Assembly: GCA_024704765.1 (NCBI GenBank) | Contig: JAKMXF010000166.1 | Location: 62,001-126,000 of the forward strand | From: Oopsacas minuta | Lineage: Eukaryota > Animalia > Porifera | Length of the DNA: 64,000 nucleotides | Direction: 5' to 3' | Shown: positions 49,784-62,223 of the stretch, piece after piece | How positions within the stretch are numbered: position 1 is the stretch's first letter | Layout of the letters: the number at the start of each line of letters is the position of its first letter | The notes under the pieces: model-generated | Database searches by the model: none | The model's input: the letters and a program-made list of their open reading frames with translations, nothing else | What the model was told of the DNA's origin: nothing | Translations under genes and position numbers: made by a program

Positions 49784-50143
49784 TTCTCTATAAAGATATG
49801 TTTGATAATCCAAAGACGAAGCAATAAGGGATTCAGTACAAGTCTTTGTGAATTCAGAGAATTTGTGAATCGCGGGCTTTCAAGGAAATTACACAATAAT
49901 TTGCATATATTCGATGTCAAAAATTTACCCTGGAAATCTAGAATTCATGGTTGGGGTAAGAAATTTAAGGCTGAGAGAACTGTTAAAAACCTAAATAGTA
50001 AGTACGAAGACCGTTCAAGTCGTTCCGGGAGAAATAGTTCTGAAAAATGTTTCGGGAATTTTGCTCTAAAAATCCAAATATGGAAAGATTTTTATGGTGT
50101 TCATCTCAAAAAGCTCTACTTTTACACTTTCAACCAACGATAA
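49784..50143 (+). pseudogene. Internally deleted mariner-like transposase remnant (DUF4817-type N-terminus) interrupted by the maT element
   Basis: PWKSRIHGWGKKFKAERTVKNLNSK..SGR followed by a DFYGVHLK remnant. A TA|CCGGGTGGGCCAAAAAAA TIR-like start lies at 48386. Confidence 0.55.
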
Positions 50144-51619
50144 TAATAGCTTCAGTATGTTTACTGTCATGAGTTATTGTTCTTCGGATCAGCTTCACTG
50201 CATTTCTAGTTTCCAATTCTTACATTACGTAGTTCACGATTGGCAATACTGATTTGATAATAACTTTCACTATTATTGAGTTATATTTGAATATTCATGA
50301 ATATGTATCATCCATGGTTCCTACTGTAACTCAATAATGAACCAACAATATCCTGACAATTCGTTATTTTCATGTAAAATTTTTTTAGATCATTTCATAT
50401 ATTTACTCGGAAATGAATGATTCAATATAAACGTAATACGGGCCATTACAAGCTATCTAACAATTGTATCGATAAATGATTATTAGACCTATATTTTTGC
50501 ACATTCCTGAAATTATTGTATTCTCAAGGTATAGGAAGTTGGGTATATAATATAAATTTGGTACTGATTTAACAATTACTCTCCCGATTTTGAGTTATAA
50601 TTGGATTTTCATAAATATGTGTCATCCCTTGCCTCTACTTTAATCAAGAACGAAACAACTTTTGTTTTACAAATGTTTGATATTTCGTATAAAACTATTT
50701 GTATATCATTTAATATGTTTACTTCGAAATGAACGGCAAAATATTAATATTTTAAAATGTATCAACATAACTGCTTACTAGACATATTTTTAAGATATAC
50801 CTGAAATTTGTGCTTGCTACGAATATAGTATATACTAAGGGATTATCTTGGAGCGTGAAATTGAGGCCCTTTCTTATACGCTGTCACTGATATACTGATT
50901 TATGCGTATGAATTCTGAAGTGGGAGAGCTAGGAGGGTGCTCGAAAACCCTGTACAATCCCCTGGTGTATTACTAATAGTATAGAAATTCATAAAACTAC
51001 GTGATTATTTCGCGGCCTACCTTAACCGCTGTCCTGAATTCAGTTTAAGAAATATTGAAATCTTTACAGAAGGTCCAAACAGGCATATAGATGTGCACTT
51101 TGGGTAACCTTTTTAATTCATGCTAAATCACCATGATGGCCAGGCTTGTCAAAAGGTGCAACATGGTCAAGTCAGGTCAGAACAGGTCTCAAGATTTATC
51201 AGGTCAATTTCAGGTCAATTTTACTTCATTTTCAGGTCAGTTTGAACTAACAATCAATTGAGTGCGATTATTGAGGCGCCTACAACTGGTAGAATTTCGA
51301 TATTGTCAACTGTCAGAATTTGTTAAGTTGTCATTGTTAGAATTTATTATGTTGTCATTTTTCAGAATTTGTTTAGTTGTCCTCATTAGTATAAGGAATA
51401 CTGTTTTCATTAGTAGATAATTGTAATACTATAATATATAGGGGAGAAATAGATATGAAAGTAAGAAAAATGACAAATTAATTTTTGAATATCCGAAAAG
51501 CATTTTCGATCGAAGAAAGATAGACAGCGCATGTTTGACCAAGTTGTATGATTCTGTCGCTAAATTTCCGAAACAATTTGCATGTTTGCATGACATAAAC
51601 GCCCAAGTAGCCTCGTGAT

Positions 51620-52980
51620 TTCAAACAAACCACATACATGTTTGTAGTCGTGATGTCATGTGCCAGTGTATTTATAAAGGAATCGTCATTTTCATCTGAA
51701 CAGGAGTCACTTTCATTTGTTTCTTTAAATATGACACTGTATGGCTGATTGCCCTAACATATTCCAGTGCGTATATTTACCTTCAACAAGTTTTTCTTTA
51801 TATTTTTCTGTCTTCGCTGTTCGTTTTTCACATTTTTCTTCTTTCCCCTTATAATCCATAAACCTTCTTTTAATCTTGCGATTTCGTTGTCTGTATCCGA
51901 TATAATTCATTCAGTATACCCAGAAATTTCCATACTCTTGCCTTGCTACATTTTATCAAGGACTTTAGTCTTCCGTGATAAGTTTCTGCACCATTATTTG
52001 TGGCCATTTTCTGGTGCCAAACAGATAATTCTTTTGGTGGAACTTTATTAATCCACAATCACTGAACATATTGTTTGAGCTTCTTCACACAATCCATTTG
52101 ATTCTCTTTGAAGTTAAGAATTTGTGTATTAATTTGATCGTATGTAGGCTATATTTCATCTGGAGGTAAGAACGGTAGTGCCATAATACAGCGTATGTAA
52201 TTTTGAATTGTACCATTATTTGTATATGTCGTTGCAAGATTTAGTTTCTGAATCTTCTTCCTAATTCGTTGTGTTTAACGGAACCAACAGCCTTGTAGCT
52301 TGATCCCATTGAATAGCGTTCTATATGCATTACGTGCTACATTATGGCAGAATTTGGTGAATTTTTTAGAAAACTGCTTGAAATACTTTTTCAGGTTTTC
52401 CAGTCAAAAGACAGTGTATAGTAGGGAGTACATGTTGATCAATGACGATAAAGATCGTCCAAAGCTGGCAAAACTGCAGTAGTACAGTAAAAAAGGTACC
52501 ATCAAAACAAAGTTCTGGTATGTCAAGCATTATGGAGGTAATTTTATCAGAAACAATTGAATCCACTGTCATCGCCTCTAAATCTCTCTGTTGATAATCT
52601 ATCAGTTTATAATGACGGAGTATTTCACTTTCTATGGATTGTATTATTTATACAGACTTGATATTAGTACCAAAGGTGTCAAGTCATGTCATCTAAATGA
52701 TAATTCACTCCAAAAAAAGTTGAAGCTTGGATTCTGAACTTATCGGTGGTTTAAAATTTGCTGCGTCACCATAATCGAATTATACATTCACAGTGAATAG
52801 CTCGCGAATCAGAACAGATGGAATTACACTCATGACGGTTGGAATGTTGAATACAGATGGACCTACAAATTGGATATGATTTCCCAATGATTATGTGATG
52901 ATGATGCAGCAAAAATTAGATTTCAAACAGTTAGATTTAATTTTAGCATCCTGAAATTTGAATAGGAGTATTACAATAGT
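51620..52980 (-). pseudogene. MULE (Phantom-like) transposase remnant
   Basis: FDGTFFTV..QLWTIF..LPTIHCLLTGK (52366-52572) and TNNGAETYHGRLKS (51870-52058); many stops. Confidence 0.85.
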
Positions 52981-53244
52981 ACCGTTTGCAATTTACTTAA
53001 CTCCAACATCAGCATGACATATTTGATGGTATGAGTCCAATTTTTTTCTGTATAGAATGGTTGATAATCTTTTGCTCAATGATTATACACATTTATTGGT
53101 GTAAAAATGCTCCGTTTCTGCAATATAGAATTAAAATGGAATTTTTTATCGGCAAATATATCCCTAGTCCAAAATCCGCAATCTTCTTTATGACAATTTC
53201 CTTACTTTTCTTACCGGAACTAGGGATACTTCAGATCCATGGCC

Positions 53245-53862
53245 GCGCTGCATTAGTTCGAATTTCTTGAATTGTCGTTAGTTCTAATCGATTTTCAGAG
53301 TATTGTCATTAGTTCGAATCGATTTTCAGTATACTGTAATTAGATTGAATTTAATACTACTCTGAAATGGAAGCAATATTATTGCGTATTATTAATTGGC
53401 ACCCGCTCTAGGAATAATCTCTCTTTTGGATGCGACAACAATATTTAGGTTTCCTTTTGTGTTACATGCAGATTAGTTTCTTAGAAACTTTGAACCCTGT
53501 TGTTTATTGCTACTCTAGTTGAGTGGAAATACTTATAAATTTATTGAATTGACGTTAAGGAAATAGGAACGAATGGACTACAATACCAAAGAGCCTGTCT
53601 GTTTGCCACTCAGTGATGCAGAGCAGAATTGAAATATTTTACTATTTGATTGATTTATTTTATACTGCCTGGTTTCTCTTATTCTCTTTCTTTTATAGTC
53701 TAAATCTAAATCCATTCATTTATCTAGTTATATAATTCACATAGCATTAATGAATCTCTTGATCTATTTAGTATTTCTTAAAATCGATTCGAAATAATGA
53801 CTTGTACTCTGAAAACTGATTCGAAATAACGAGAGTTCAACGAATTCTAACTAATAACAACA
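53245..53862. repeat. Inverted repeat of tandem ~31-bp units (MITE-like)
   Basis: ATTAGTTCGAATCGATTTTCAG units at ~53250-53345 are inverted at ~53779-53860. Confidence 0.55.
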
Positions 53863-56800
53863 TCTAAACTAATGCATATCCCTCTTCATATTATATCCCG
53901 TTGTTGTTTCAATATTCCAGTTATGTGTCACTTTAACCAATGTGGCACAAACATTAAAATGCTAGCAACTAAACAATTTTTCTCTCTAAACAATCCCGAT
54001 AATTCATGCTGGGATAATAGAAGCTTGTAGAATCCAAATCTGCTGTAGGTATAGCGGCATCTCATTTATATTAAATGGAATTGTTGAAATAATTAATTAC
54101 TGATTGATAATTATTTATTTATGGGTACGTGATTGACAATTTATGAATTAAAAATTTTCCGAGATTTTGTCTGAAACAATGTTAACTAACATAGCCAATT
54201 ATTTCTTTAGGGTATCCAATCGTATATAATTGTAAATTAGGTCCTATGGAGATATTTATCTGGTTATTATATATACTTAAAGTACGTATGTATGTAGATC
54301 TATGATGAACTGATCTTATACAAAAAACTTGAGATAACCTGGAATAGGCGAATCAACGAGTACGTAACAATCTTCTGCTATCTAGCTGCTATATCTTCTT
54401 TATATTAGATAGCAATCTTATCCGCAGACTTCATTTCAGATTCCCTTTTCTTGACATTCAACCTATTTAAAATAAGTTTGATTACCTTAACAAAATCTCT
54501 CGTTTCGATTAGTTTCGTTGAATTGTCAATAATTCTATTTACTGAGCTGTTACCTATTGATCCTTCCATTTTTCTACGCTCCTTTTAGAGCAATGGCTAC
54601 TGTAAGCACTTACCATCTTTATTCTTATGGGAAACATGTACTTAATTCATTATCTATCGAGATTGTATAAACCTACAATTATCGATAAATACTAATTTTT
54701 CTTCAAGGATTAACCGGTAACAGCGTCAGGAGAAATCTGGGCGGGGATGATCCCCCGTAATTTTGGAAGCCCCTATCGAGCCCCCGCGTAATTTTGTGAG
54801 GGGATAAAACTTAGAAATGTGTCACCGAGCTTTTTATGACTTTGTTTTATTTTGTTTCGAAATGTGTTTTCTCTATTTAATTGCGCCACATCAATCCCAG
54901 TTATTAATTCACCGGAGAATTTCTATGATGGCATATAGCAGTGTTTCTGTATTACATAGACCGCTCAAAAGTATCTAACTATTGTATAATGGGGAAATTG
55001 TCAGTCAAAGTACAAGCTTTGAATTTGTGGATAAATTGTACCAATTATGTAGAAAATTTTACCCAACTTAACGAAAATTTGTCCATCTATCTCGCTCATG
55101 GTTTCTCAAACTCTCATGAGATATTGCCACATTGCTTAGAAAGTCTATCTGGCACCTAAGTCTACATATTTGGTAAAGATTGGCCATCTTCTGTCACACG
55201 TGTTCACGTTTGTTTATGTTTTGGGCCCGTTCGGTCAAGTTCAGTCAAATTGGTCATGTAGCTCCAACTTAACCAGAAATCCATATACAAGATCTCTGTG
55301 GCCACAGTGTGGCTAAGCTTGTACATATTACCACAGTTAAGAAACTCTGATCTAACTCAATTCTCATTAATATTTCTTTCATCTTGATTAAGTTAAAATT
55401 ATCACTCGATTACCAGAGTTCCTTGAGATTTATCCCATTAAGTTCACTGTATATTTATACATTCGTTTATTTACTTCTGCTTCTATTTCGATAGGAATCA
55501 GTTTCGGGTTTTCGGGTAGGTTCAAAGTTGGGCGGAAATGGGGTCAAATAAATCGACACAAATCTTGATGTCGATTTTTGTATTCAGTAAAAGATTTCCC
55601 GTCGATCGAGTGGTCACTCGAATATATTTGGAGATATTTTTTACCCGAAACGCTGGAATATCAGGAATCTAACAACATTCTGTTCTCAAAATTTGTCCTA
55701 GCCCCATCGAGCGACCGTTCGTTCAACGCCGCTAGGCTAACTGAGTCTGGCTATAGATCTAACTATTTATAGGTGAATTAATTATTACCCATGTCCATCA
55801 AAATTACTTTTAATCACTTTTTGGAGTAACACTGGCGATGCTATGTATCTTTTCGTTATTGACTTTCTAACATTATTCTTCTAGATATTTCAATTTTTTC
55901 GTAAATTCTTAAGATGGGCCATTTTGAAGGTTTGAATCACAGGTACCCTTCAAAATGGCCATTGAAAATTTGACATTTATATTGGCTTAGAGTGGCTAAT
56001 ACTGTTATTCTTCGATGATACAATCTAAAAAGATTATAATTAGGTCATAATTTCGTCATAGTGGCGAAATTTCGTTCAAGAATCGACTTCCCCGAGCAAT
56101 TATCAAAACCCGTATGCCATAATTCAGCCTTGGGCCTTCCAGCTTCTTCAATCAATTCAGAACATACACACATTAATTGTTCTTATTAGTTTAGACTAGC
56201 ACGCTTGCTTGTCATATTGTCGCTGCGCGATTTTACTATGTTCAACCATAACCTAATATATACAGGGCCTAACACAGTGACATGTTGACAAAGTTTCAAT
56301 AATAGATAATAGTTATTAGTGAGATTATAGGGTTTATTCGCAAATAGAGTTGAAAATCAGGATTTCAAATACTTGGCAATGGGTAAATAATGGAAACCTT
56401 GTTTCTTTGAAACATCACTTTTTTGTTTTAACATAACTAAACTGCATTATATTGCGGTAGTTAGTTAGATGCTGTGTACCAGGTGATGTATCAACAAAGT
56501 TCTTGCCACATACTAAGTTCTTGAAATGATTTCCCACTCTTAGAAGTTTCATGCCATGTTCATGCCACAGAAATGTCAAAGGATTTTTGCCAAAGCGAAA
56601 TCTAAGAAATTGTTCCTGATTTGGCAACACTGGTTACATGAATAATGATGAAAATATAAACTCAATGAATATGATGGAACAGAAAATATAAAAAATATCA
56701 AATTGCTGACAAGTGAATGAGTCGCGGACCACAAAACAAGGCACAGAATATCACCCTCTAATAGTCGAAAATACGAATTGTAAACTTGCGAACGGTGAAG

Positions 56801-56867
56801 CTGCCTGTATATTTTGATAATGGCCGAAATTCGCTATCCCGAAATTATCACTATATATCCTTTATCT

Positions 56868-57453
56868 CAGTGGTTCCCAACCCTTGCCCCCCAAGACCCC
56901 ATTGAGCCATGGAGCTAAGTAGGTGGCCCTATACATTGAACATAAACTAAACAATTTTAAATTATCAAACTCATTCTTTTGGCATGTAATATAGAATAAA
57001 TGAAAATGCTCTACCATTATGGAAATTTGAAATATCAGGTTTGCTTGTGCTTTTTCAGGACAAACTTAAAGGACACTTTTATATGCGATCAGTGTTAATG
57101 CATAATATCAATACGAGCGCGCTTTGCTTTGCTAGGATTGGATACAATATAATAATTTATTTGTCAACACGAATCGGTAAGCTTCGAATAATGAAAGACA
57201 CTTAATAAGTGACAAGAATCTATTGTTTACAAATTGACAGAATCCCGGAGAGGAGTATAATGTACTTTTAATAGCGAGGATCTTTTAATCAAATCCTAAT
57301 ATACAATTACATATATTCAAAAAATAATAATTTTGGGCATAAATTGTTGTATGTAAAAGAGGAAACTATTCATTTATAAATGGATCAGATGGCCCCATGT
57401 AAATAGTCCTGAGGCCCCAAGTGGGGCCGCGGACCACCGATTGAGAACCACTG
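56868..57453. mobile_element. hAT (Charlie-like) non-autonomous element, 586 bp
   Basis: TIR CAGTGGTT(C/T)-type termini (CAGTGGTTCCCAA / TTGAGAACCACTG); TSD CTTTATCT / CTTTATTT. Confidence 0.85.
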
Positions 57454-58114
57454 CTTTATTTCATAAGGAAAGTACTTAATTATATTATACTATTAATAAG
57501 GTCAATTACACTGAAAGCTAAATAATATTACATAATGCTTAAATCAAATGATGTAATTAAAATTTATACATATTGTGATTAAGTAATGTTTAGACTGCGG
57601 AATGTCAATTGCAATTATTGCAATAAAAAGTAAGAATTTATTGCAATAATAATTATCGATAGTAAGAAAAAGAAAAAAATTCAAGAAATTTGTGTACAAA
57701 ATTGTCAGTAATTTCTCCAATAGGAAAAGAACCAAGGATAATATCCTATCACTGGAACAAATAAATCTATAATATTAAAACTCAATTGGTGTGTGTATGT
57801 GTGTTTTAATTAAGTAGCTTGAGGTTTGTAAGCGTTCATAAACGTTAACAGAGCACTAGTACATAATAATATACGAATACAAACACATATGCCTTTACCC
57901 TTTAACAAACAAATAAATATTAAACTAAATCAGAGCATACTTCATCGCCAACACCTGAAATAACTCAACGTCTATGCAAAGTCTATGATAGGAACATAAT
58001 TAGAGGGAACACTATTTAACTATACTTGATCTATCAACTAATCTTACTGCTAAGGGGGAAAATACATATGTAATAGTTAGGTAAGTTAGGTTAGCCTATG
58101 CACAGGGCATTAAG

Positions 58115-59194
58115 CTAATAGTTCCGCTGATTGGGAGGCTGAGAGTACCTAGAGTCAGAAGGGAATGCCTGAGTGTAGGACGTGTTCTGATAGTAATTAC
58201 TGGTAGTTTGGCTCTGTCCATAAGGAACAGGGTGTGCTGTATCACTCTGTCCAGAGAAAGTACTATGGTACTGTGGGTAACCACCAGTAGAAGATGAGTA
58301 AGGTTGTTGCCCGTAAGCAGAGGAGAAGCCTTGTGTAGGATAGGAGGATTGGGAGTAATTGGGTTGATAACCATTTGGTTGGTATGAAGAAACTTGTTGT
58401 GAAGGATAGTTATTCGGTTGGGCACTAGAATGGGAAGTACCGTAGTTTGAGCCAGGCTGATAAGTAGGATGGCCACCAGCCATATAGGAGGACCCACCTG
58501 CTGCACTATACGGGTAGTAGTATGGATTATTGTATTGTGGGAAAGTGTGCGGATTCTGTGAACTAGTCCCTGATGCTGCTGTTTGGTAATTGGTCCATTG
58601 TTGGTAGCTGGTCGGAGCTGATGCAGGGCTAGGAGGGCCCCCGGGCATACGATTCTCAGCTGCTTTAACTTCTATTTTTTTATCCTTAAAGTTTTGGAAT
58701 TGATCCTTAATAGCTTTCGCTGCACTAAGTTTATCGTCATACTCGACAAATGCGAAACCTCTTGGCTTGCTTGTCTGACGATCCATTTTCACATCAACTT
58801 CGGAAACAGTTCCGTATTGTCCAAAATAAAATTTGATCTCTTCATCTGTACATCCATGCGGCAGTCCACCTACAAATACTTTTTTAACAATATTACTACT
58901 CTTGTTATGTTGAGACGCAGCATGATGATCCTTAGTAATCGCTTCTTTGGGGTCTATTTTCTTGCCATCCAAATAATGTGTATCTACAGCTGTAACTTTA
59001 CTGACTGAAGCAGGATCTTTGAATGTAACAAACCCAAACCCTCGCGGCAATCTGGTCATACTGTCTACCATTATAACACCATCAGCGACATCACCATACT
59101 CCGTGAAATAATTAATAAGAGAGTCTTTGTCAGTATCCCAACTCAGCCCTCCAACAAATATTTTGCCTGCTTCATGCTTCGAGTTTTCTGACAT
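58115..59194 (-). CDS. Two-RRM RNA-binding protein (hnRNP A/B-D, DAZAP1/Musashi family; closest in style to DAZAP1/Hrp48), 359 aa, intronless
   Basis: RNP2/RNP1 motifs KIFVGGL..RGFGFVTF and KVFVGGL..RGFAFVEY; C-terminal Q/Y/S/G/P/N low-complexity region; uninterrupted ORF from ATG to TAA. Confidence 0.95.
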   Translation of the reverse strand: MSENSKHEAGKIFVGGLSWDTDKDSLINYFTEYGDVADGVIMVDSMTRLPRGFGFVTFKDPASVSKVTAVDTHYLDGKKIDPKEAITKDHHAASQHNKSSNIVKKVFVGGLPHGCTDEEIKFYFGQYGTVSEVDVKMDRQTSKPRGFAFVEYDDKLSAAKAIKDQFQNFKDKKIEVKAAENRMPGGPPSPASAPTSYQQWTNYQTAASGTSSQNPHTFPQYNNPYYYPYSAAGGSSYMAGGHPTYQPGSNYGTSHSSAQPNNYPSQQVSSYQPNGYQPNYSQSSYPTQGFSSAYGQQPYSSSTGGYPQYHSTFSGQSDTAHPVPYGQSQTTSNYYQNTSYTQAFPSDSRYSQPPNQRNY

Positions 59195-59403
59195 TTTGGG
59201 TAAGAATTACGAAGTGTAAGTTATGCAACCGTAAATATCGTAAATATAGTAGTAAAGTACTCTATTGTATCAAAAATTAGCAATATATCCTCATTAGATA
59301 AAAACCTAGAGTAAGCTATAGGAATATAGAAATCAGTAAATCATTAGAATCTCAAAAAATTTGTGTGTAAATTTAAATAAATTCGCAAATACGAAAGTTA
59401 TTA

Positions 59404-61584
59404 TTATGCTTTGTAATTGGTGTCTAATATTTTCGCGATAGTATTAAGCTGGATATTGGACGTTCCTTCGTAAATAGCGCCAATCTTACAATCTCTATAG
59501 AATTTCTCGACAGGGAAATCCTTTGTGAACCCAATGCCTCCTAACCACTCCACGCATTTAGAGGTAGTATTAGCAGCTACAACGCTTGAGAAATACTTCG
59601 CCATAGCTGCCTCCTTAATGAATGGTAAATTCGCTTCCTTTAGCCTCGCAGCATTGTATGTTAGTAATCTAGCTGCTTCGATATTGATGGCTACTTCTGC
59701 GCGCTGATGCTGCATAGATTGGAAATCAGCAATTGGAGATCCGAATGCTTTTCTCTCATGCAGATAGGGAATTGTATTATCAAAAGCGCCTTGAGCTAAA
59801 CCTATAGTAAATATCTACTATATGAATAATGTTAAGATAATAATCCTAAACTACAGTCAACTCCAGTTATATCGAACACAGATATATCGAGATGAAACCT
59901 TGTTAATGCGAATTTTCGGATAAGATGAACAAATTTTGAGCGTCCGTTGGTGTTCAAATTAATGAAGTTCCTCTGTACCTTCTTTAACGAATTCTTAAAT
60001 CGTACTAATCTGGTCCAAAACCTCCGTAATTATCGCAGTCCCTTTAGCTTCGATATAACCTGATTTGACTATAATAAATAATAAATAATAAATAATACCA
60101 ATCATTTGAGCTCCAATACCGATCCTTCCTTCATTAAGAGTATCAATAGCATACTTATATCCACGACCTACATCACCTAGAACATTAGTTTCTGGTATCT
60201 TTACGTCATCAAGGGTAACTGTACAAGTACTGGAAGCTCTGATACCCAATTTATCCTCCTTCTTACCGATAGATAGTCCTGGTGTATCTTTCTCCACGAC
60301 AAAACAAGTTATTCCTATTAGATAGTAATATTATATAAAAATTAATTATGCTATACGAGAAAATACGCAGTTTGCCTTTGTATCTCTTAGAGAAATCAAC
60401 GTTAGCCATGACCAGGAATAGACCAGCATGTTCTGCATTAGTAATCCAAGCTTTACTACCGTTAAGTACGTATGTATCTCCTTTCTTATCTGCTCGTGTT
60501 TTCAAGGCAAATGCATCAGAACCACAGTCAGCTTCTGATAGACAGAACGAGCCAACTAGATCACGAGAGAGACGGGGAAGGAACTTCTCTCTCAAATGCT
60601 CCGATGCGAATCTATAAATATAAATGATATTATCATAAGATATATATTAGTTGAAATTTGTTGAAGCTCCAACCCCCGCTTAAATTTGGCTACTAACGAT
60701 TTATTGTAATTCAAAAACTGTCAATTGACTTTGAGCTTATTAATATTCCCAAAAATCAAGAAATTTGCCTATACTAATGATGCCATAAGTAATCATAAAA
60801 TTCCTGCACAAAGTGTAATATTAATCAAAGTCCACAGTACGACATACCGTAAGAAATAATTATTAATGAGAGTATTTTGTACATCACAGAACACAGATAC
60901 AGATGGATCTACCTTAGCCAGCTCTTCTATCACAATAATAGAGGAGAAGAAGGTAGCAGCTGTTCCTCCAAACTTCTCAGGTATCTCTATCCCCATCAAT
61001 CCTGTCTCAAATAGACCATCTCTCACCGATTGAGCCATGTGAGACTCGTCGTCCATTTGTTTAACCAGAGGTCGAATCTTATCCACTGCGAACCTTCAAA
61101 GTTTGTAATTTTAATAGTATACATTATACTTATTGGTTGTATCCATAGTAATTTAAGTTTAGTGTGTAACCATGGTAACGTCAATGGCATGAAGGTACTA
61201 CCTTGATTTTGATGTAAACCGGTTTTCATTATAAAGGGAATCTGGAGTTCTGAGCATTAACAGGCTCGTATATCCAAATTTCAGGCAACTTGACAAAATT
61301 CTGCAAAAGGTTGTCCCCACGATTAAGATGGTAATAAATTGTAATCGCGAAATAAGCGTACCTATTTGGAATTGTTTGTGCCGAATGAAGCTACATGCAA
61401 ACACATATATAGGTATACTCAATAAATACCTTGAGACAGTATCTCTAAGCATAATCTCTTCATCAGATAGACAGGTAATTGCTTGATGATGAGAACGTGT
61501 GTGTTGAGATTGATAGATACGTGATGGAGAAAATGGAATTATGCTATGCTTACAAGCTGATATTGTACGCACTAATCTGCTCAT
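59404..61584 (-). CDS. ACADSB: Short/branched-chain acyl-CoA dehydrogenase, complement(join(59404..59801,60099..60314,60376..60611,60848..61093,61430..61584)), 416 aa
   Basis: Five exons with consistent phases totalling 1251 nt. Motifs [41 protein letters not shown] and [18 protein letters not shown]; N-terminal mitochondrial-type presequence. Confidence 0.96.
59854..60071. mobile_element. pogo-like MITE in ACADSB intron 4, 218 bp
   Basis: TA|CAGTCAACTCCAGTTATATCGAA..TTCGATATAACCTGATTTGACTA|TA. Confidence 0.85.
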
Positions 61585-61643
61585 TTCTCTATGAGATTAA
61601 AAAAGGCTATGCAATGAGGGAATATATATGTCAAAACAAAGTA

Positions 61644-61802
61644 CAGCGGATACTGGTTATAAGAAACCCTTGGCAGCAGCAATACATGTTCATATAACTG
61701 GTATGTTCTTACAATTGGGGGCATAAAATATACAGGAATATGAGAACCATTTCCAGATGATGGCTCTTATATCCGGTATGTTCTTATAACCGGCAACCAC
61801 TG
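61644..61802. mobile_element. pogo-like MITE 60 bp upstream of the ACADSB ATG
   Basis: TA|CAGCGGATACTGGTTATAAGAA..CTTATAACCGGCAACCACTG|TA; related copy at ~63801-63988. Confidence 0.8.
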
Positions 61803-62223
61803 TATTAAAGGTATTGACAAACGAGATGTCAGCAGCGGGTTCTTTACTGTCCATTTACTTCTGGCTAGCCGTTGAAACCAATCACGTATAAGGATCATTT
61901 TGAATTTTATATAACCAGAAACCTATGGCTATGATTAATCATTCAATAGAAATGTATAATCTACTGAATATGTCTATATCCTACCCTTAAACGAACAAGA
62001 ATAAAGTATTCTCATCGTGTATGCCATGCTAATAGGTATCTGAATTAAAATTTGATTATATTCATCCATGGTTTAAGTGTTAATAGTAACATCGTGAATG
62101 AAACCCATTCAAGTATTTTAGCTTGTTACAAATACCTTGGACAAGAAAATATAATTCTCGAAATAAATAAATAAATATACAAATTAACGGGTAAATAAAT
62201 AACTAAGTTGGTTTATAAATATA

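Noticed and set aside
58096-58506. Overlapping 136-aa hydrophobic ORF
   Set aside because: It is an alternative frame of the low-complexity tail of the RRM gene with no independent support.
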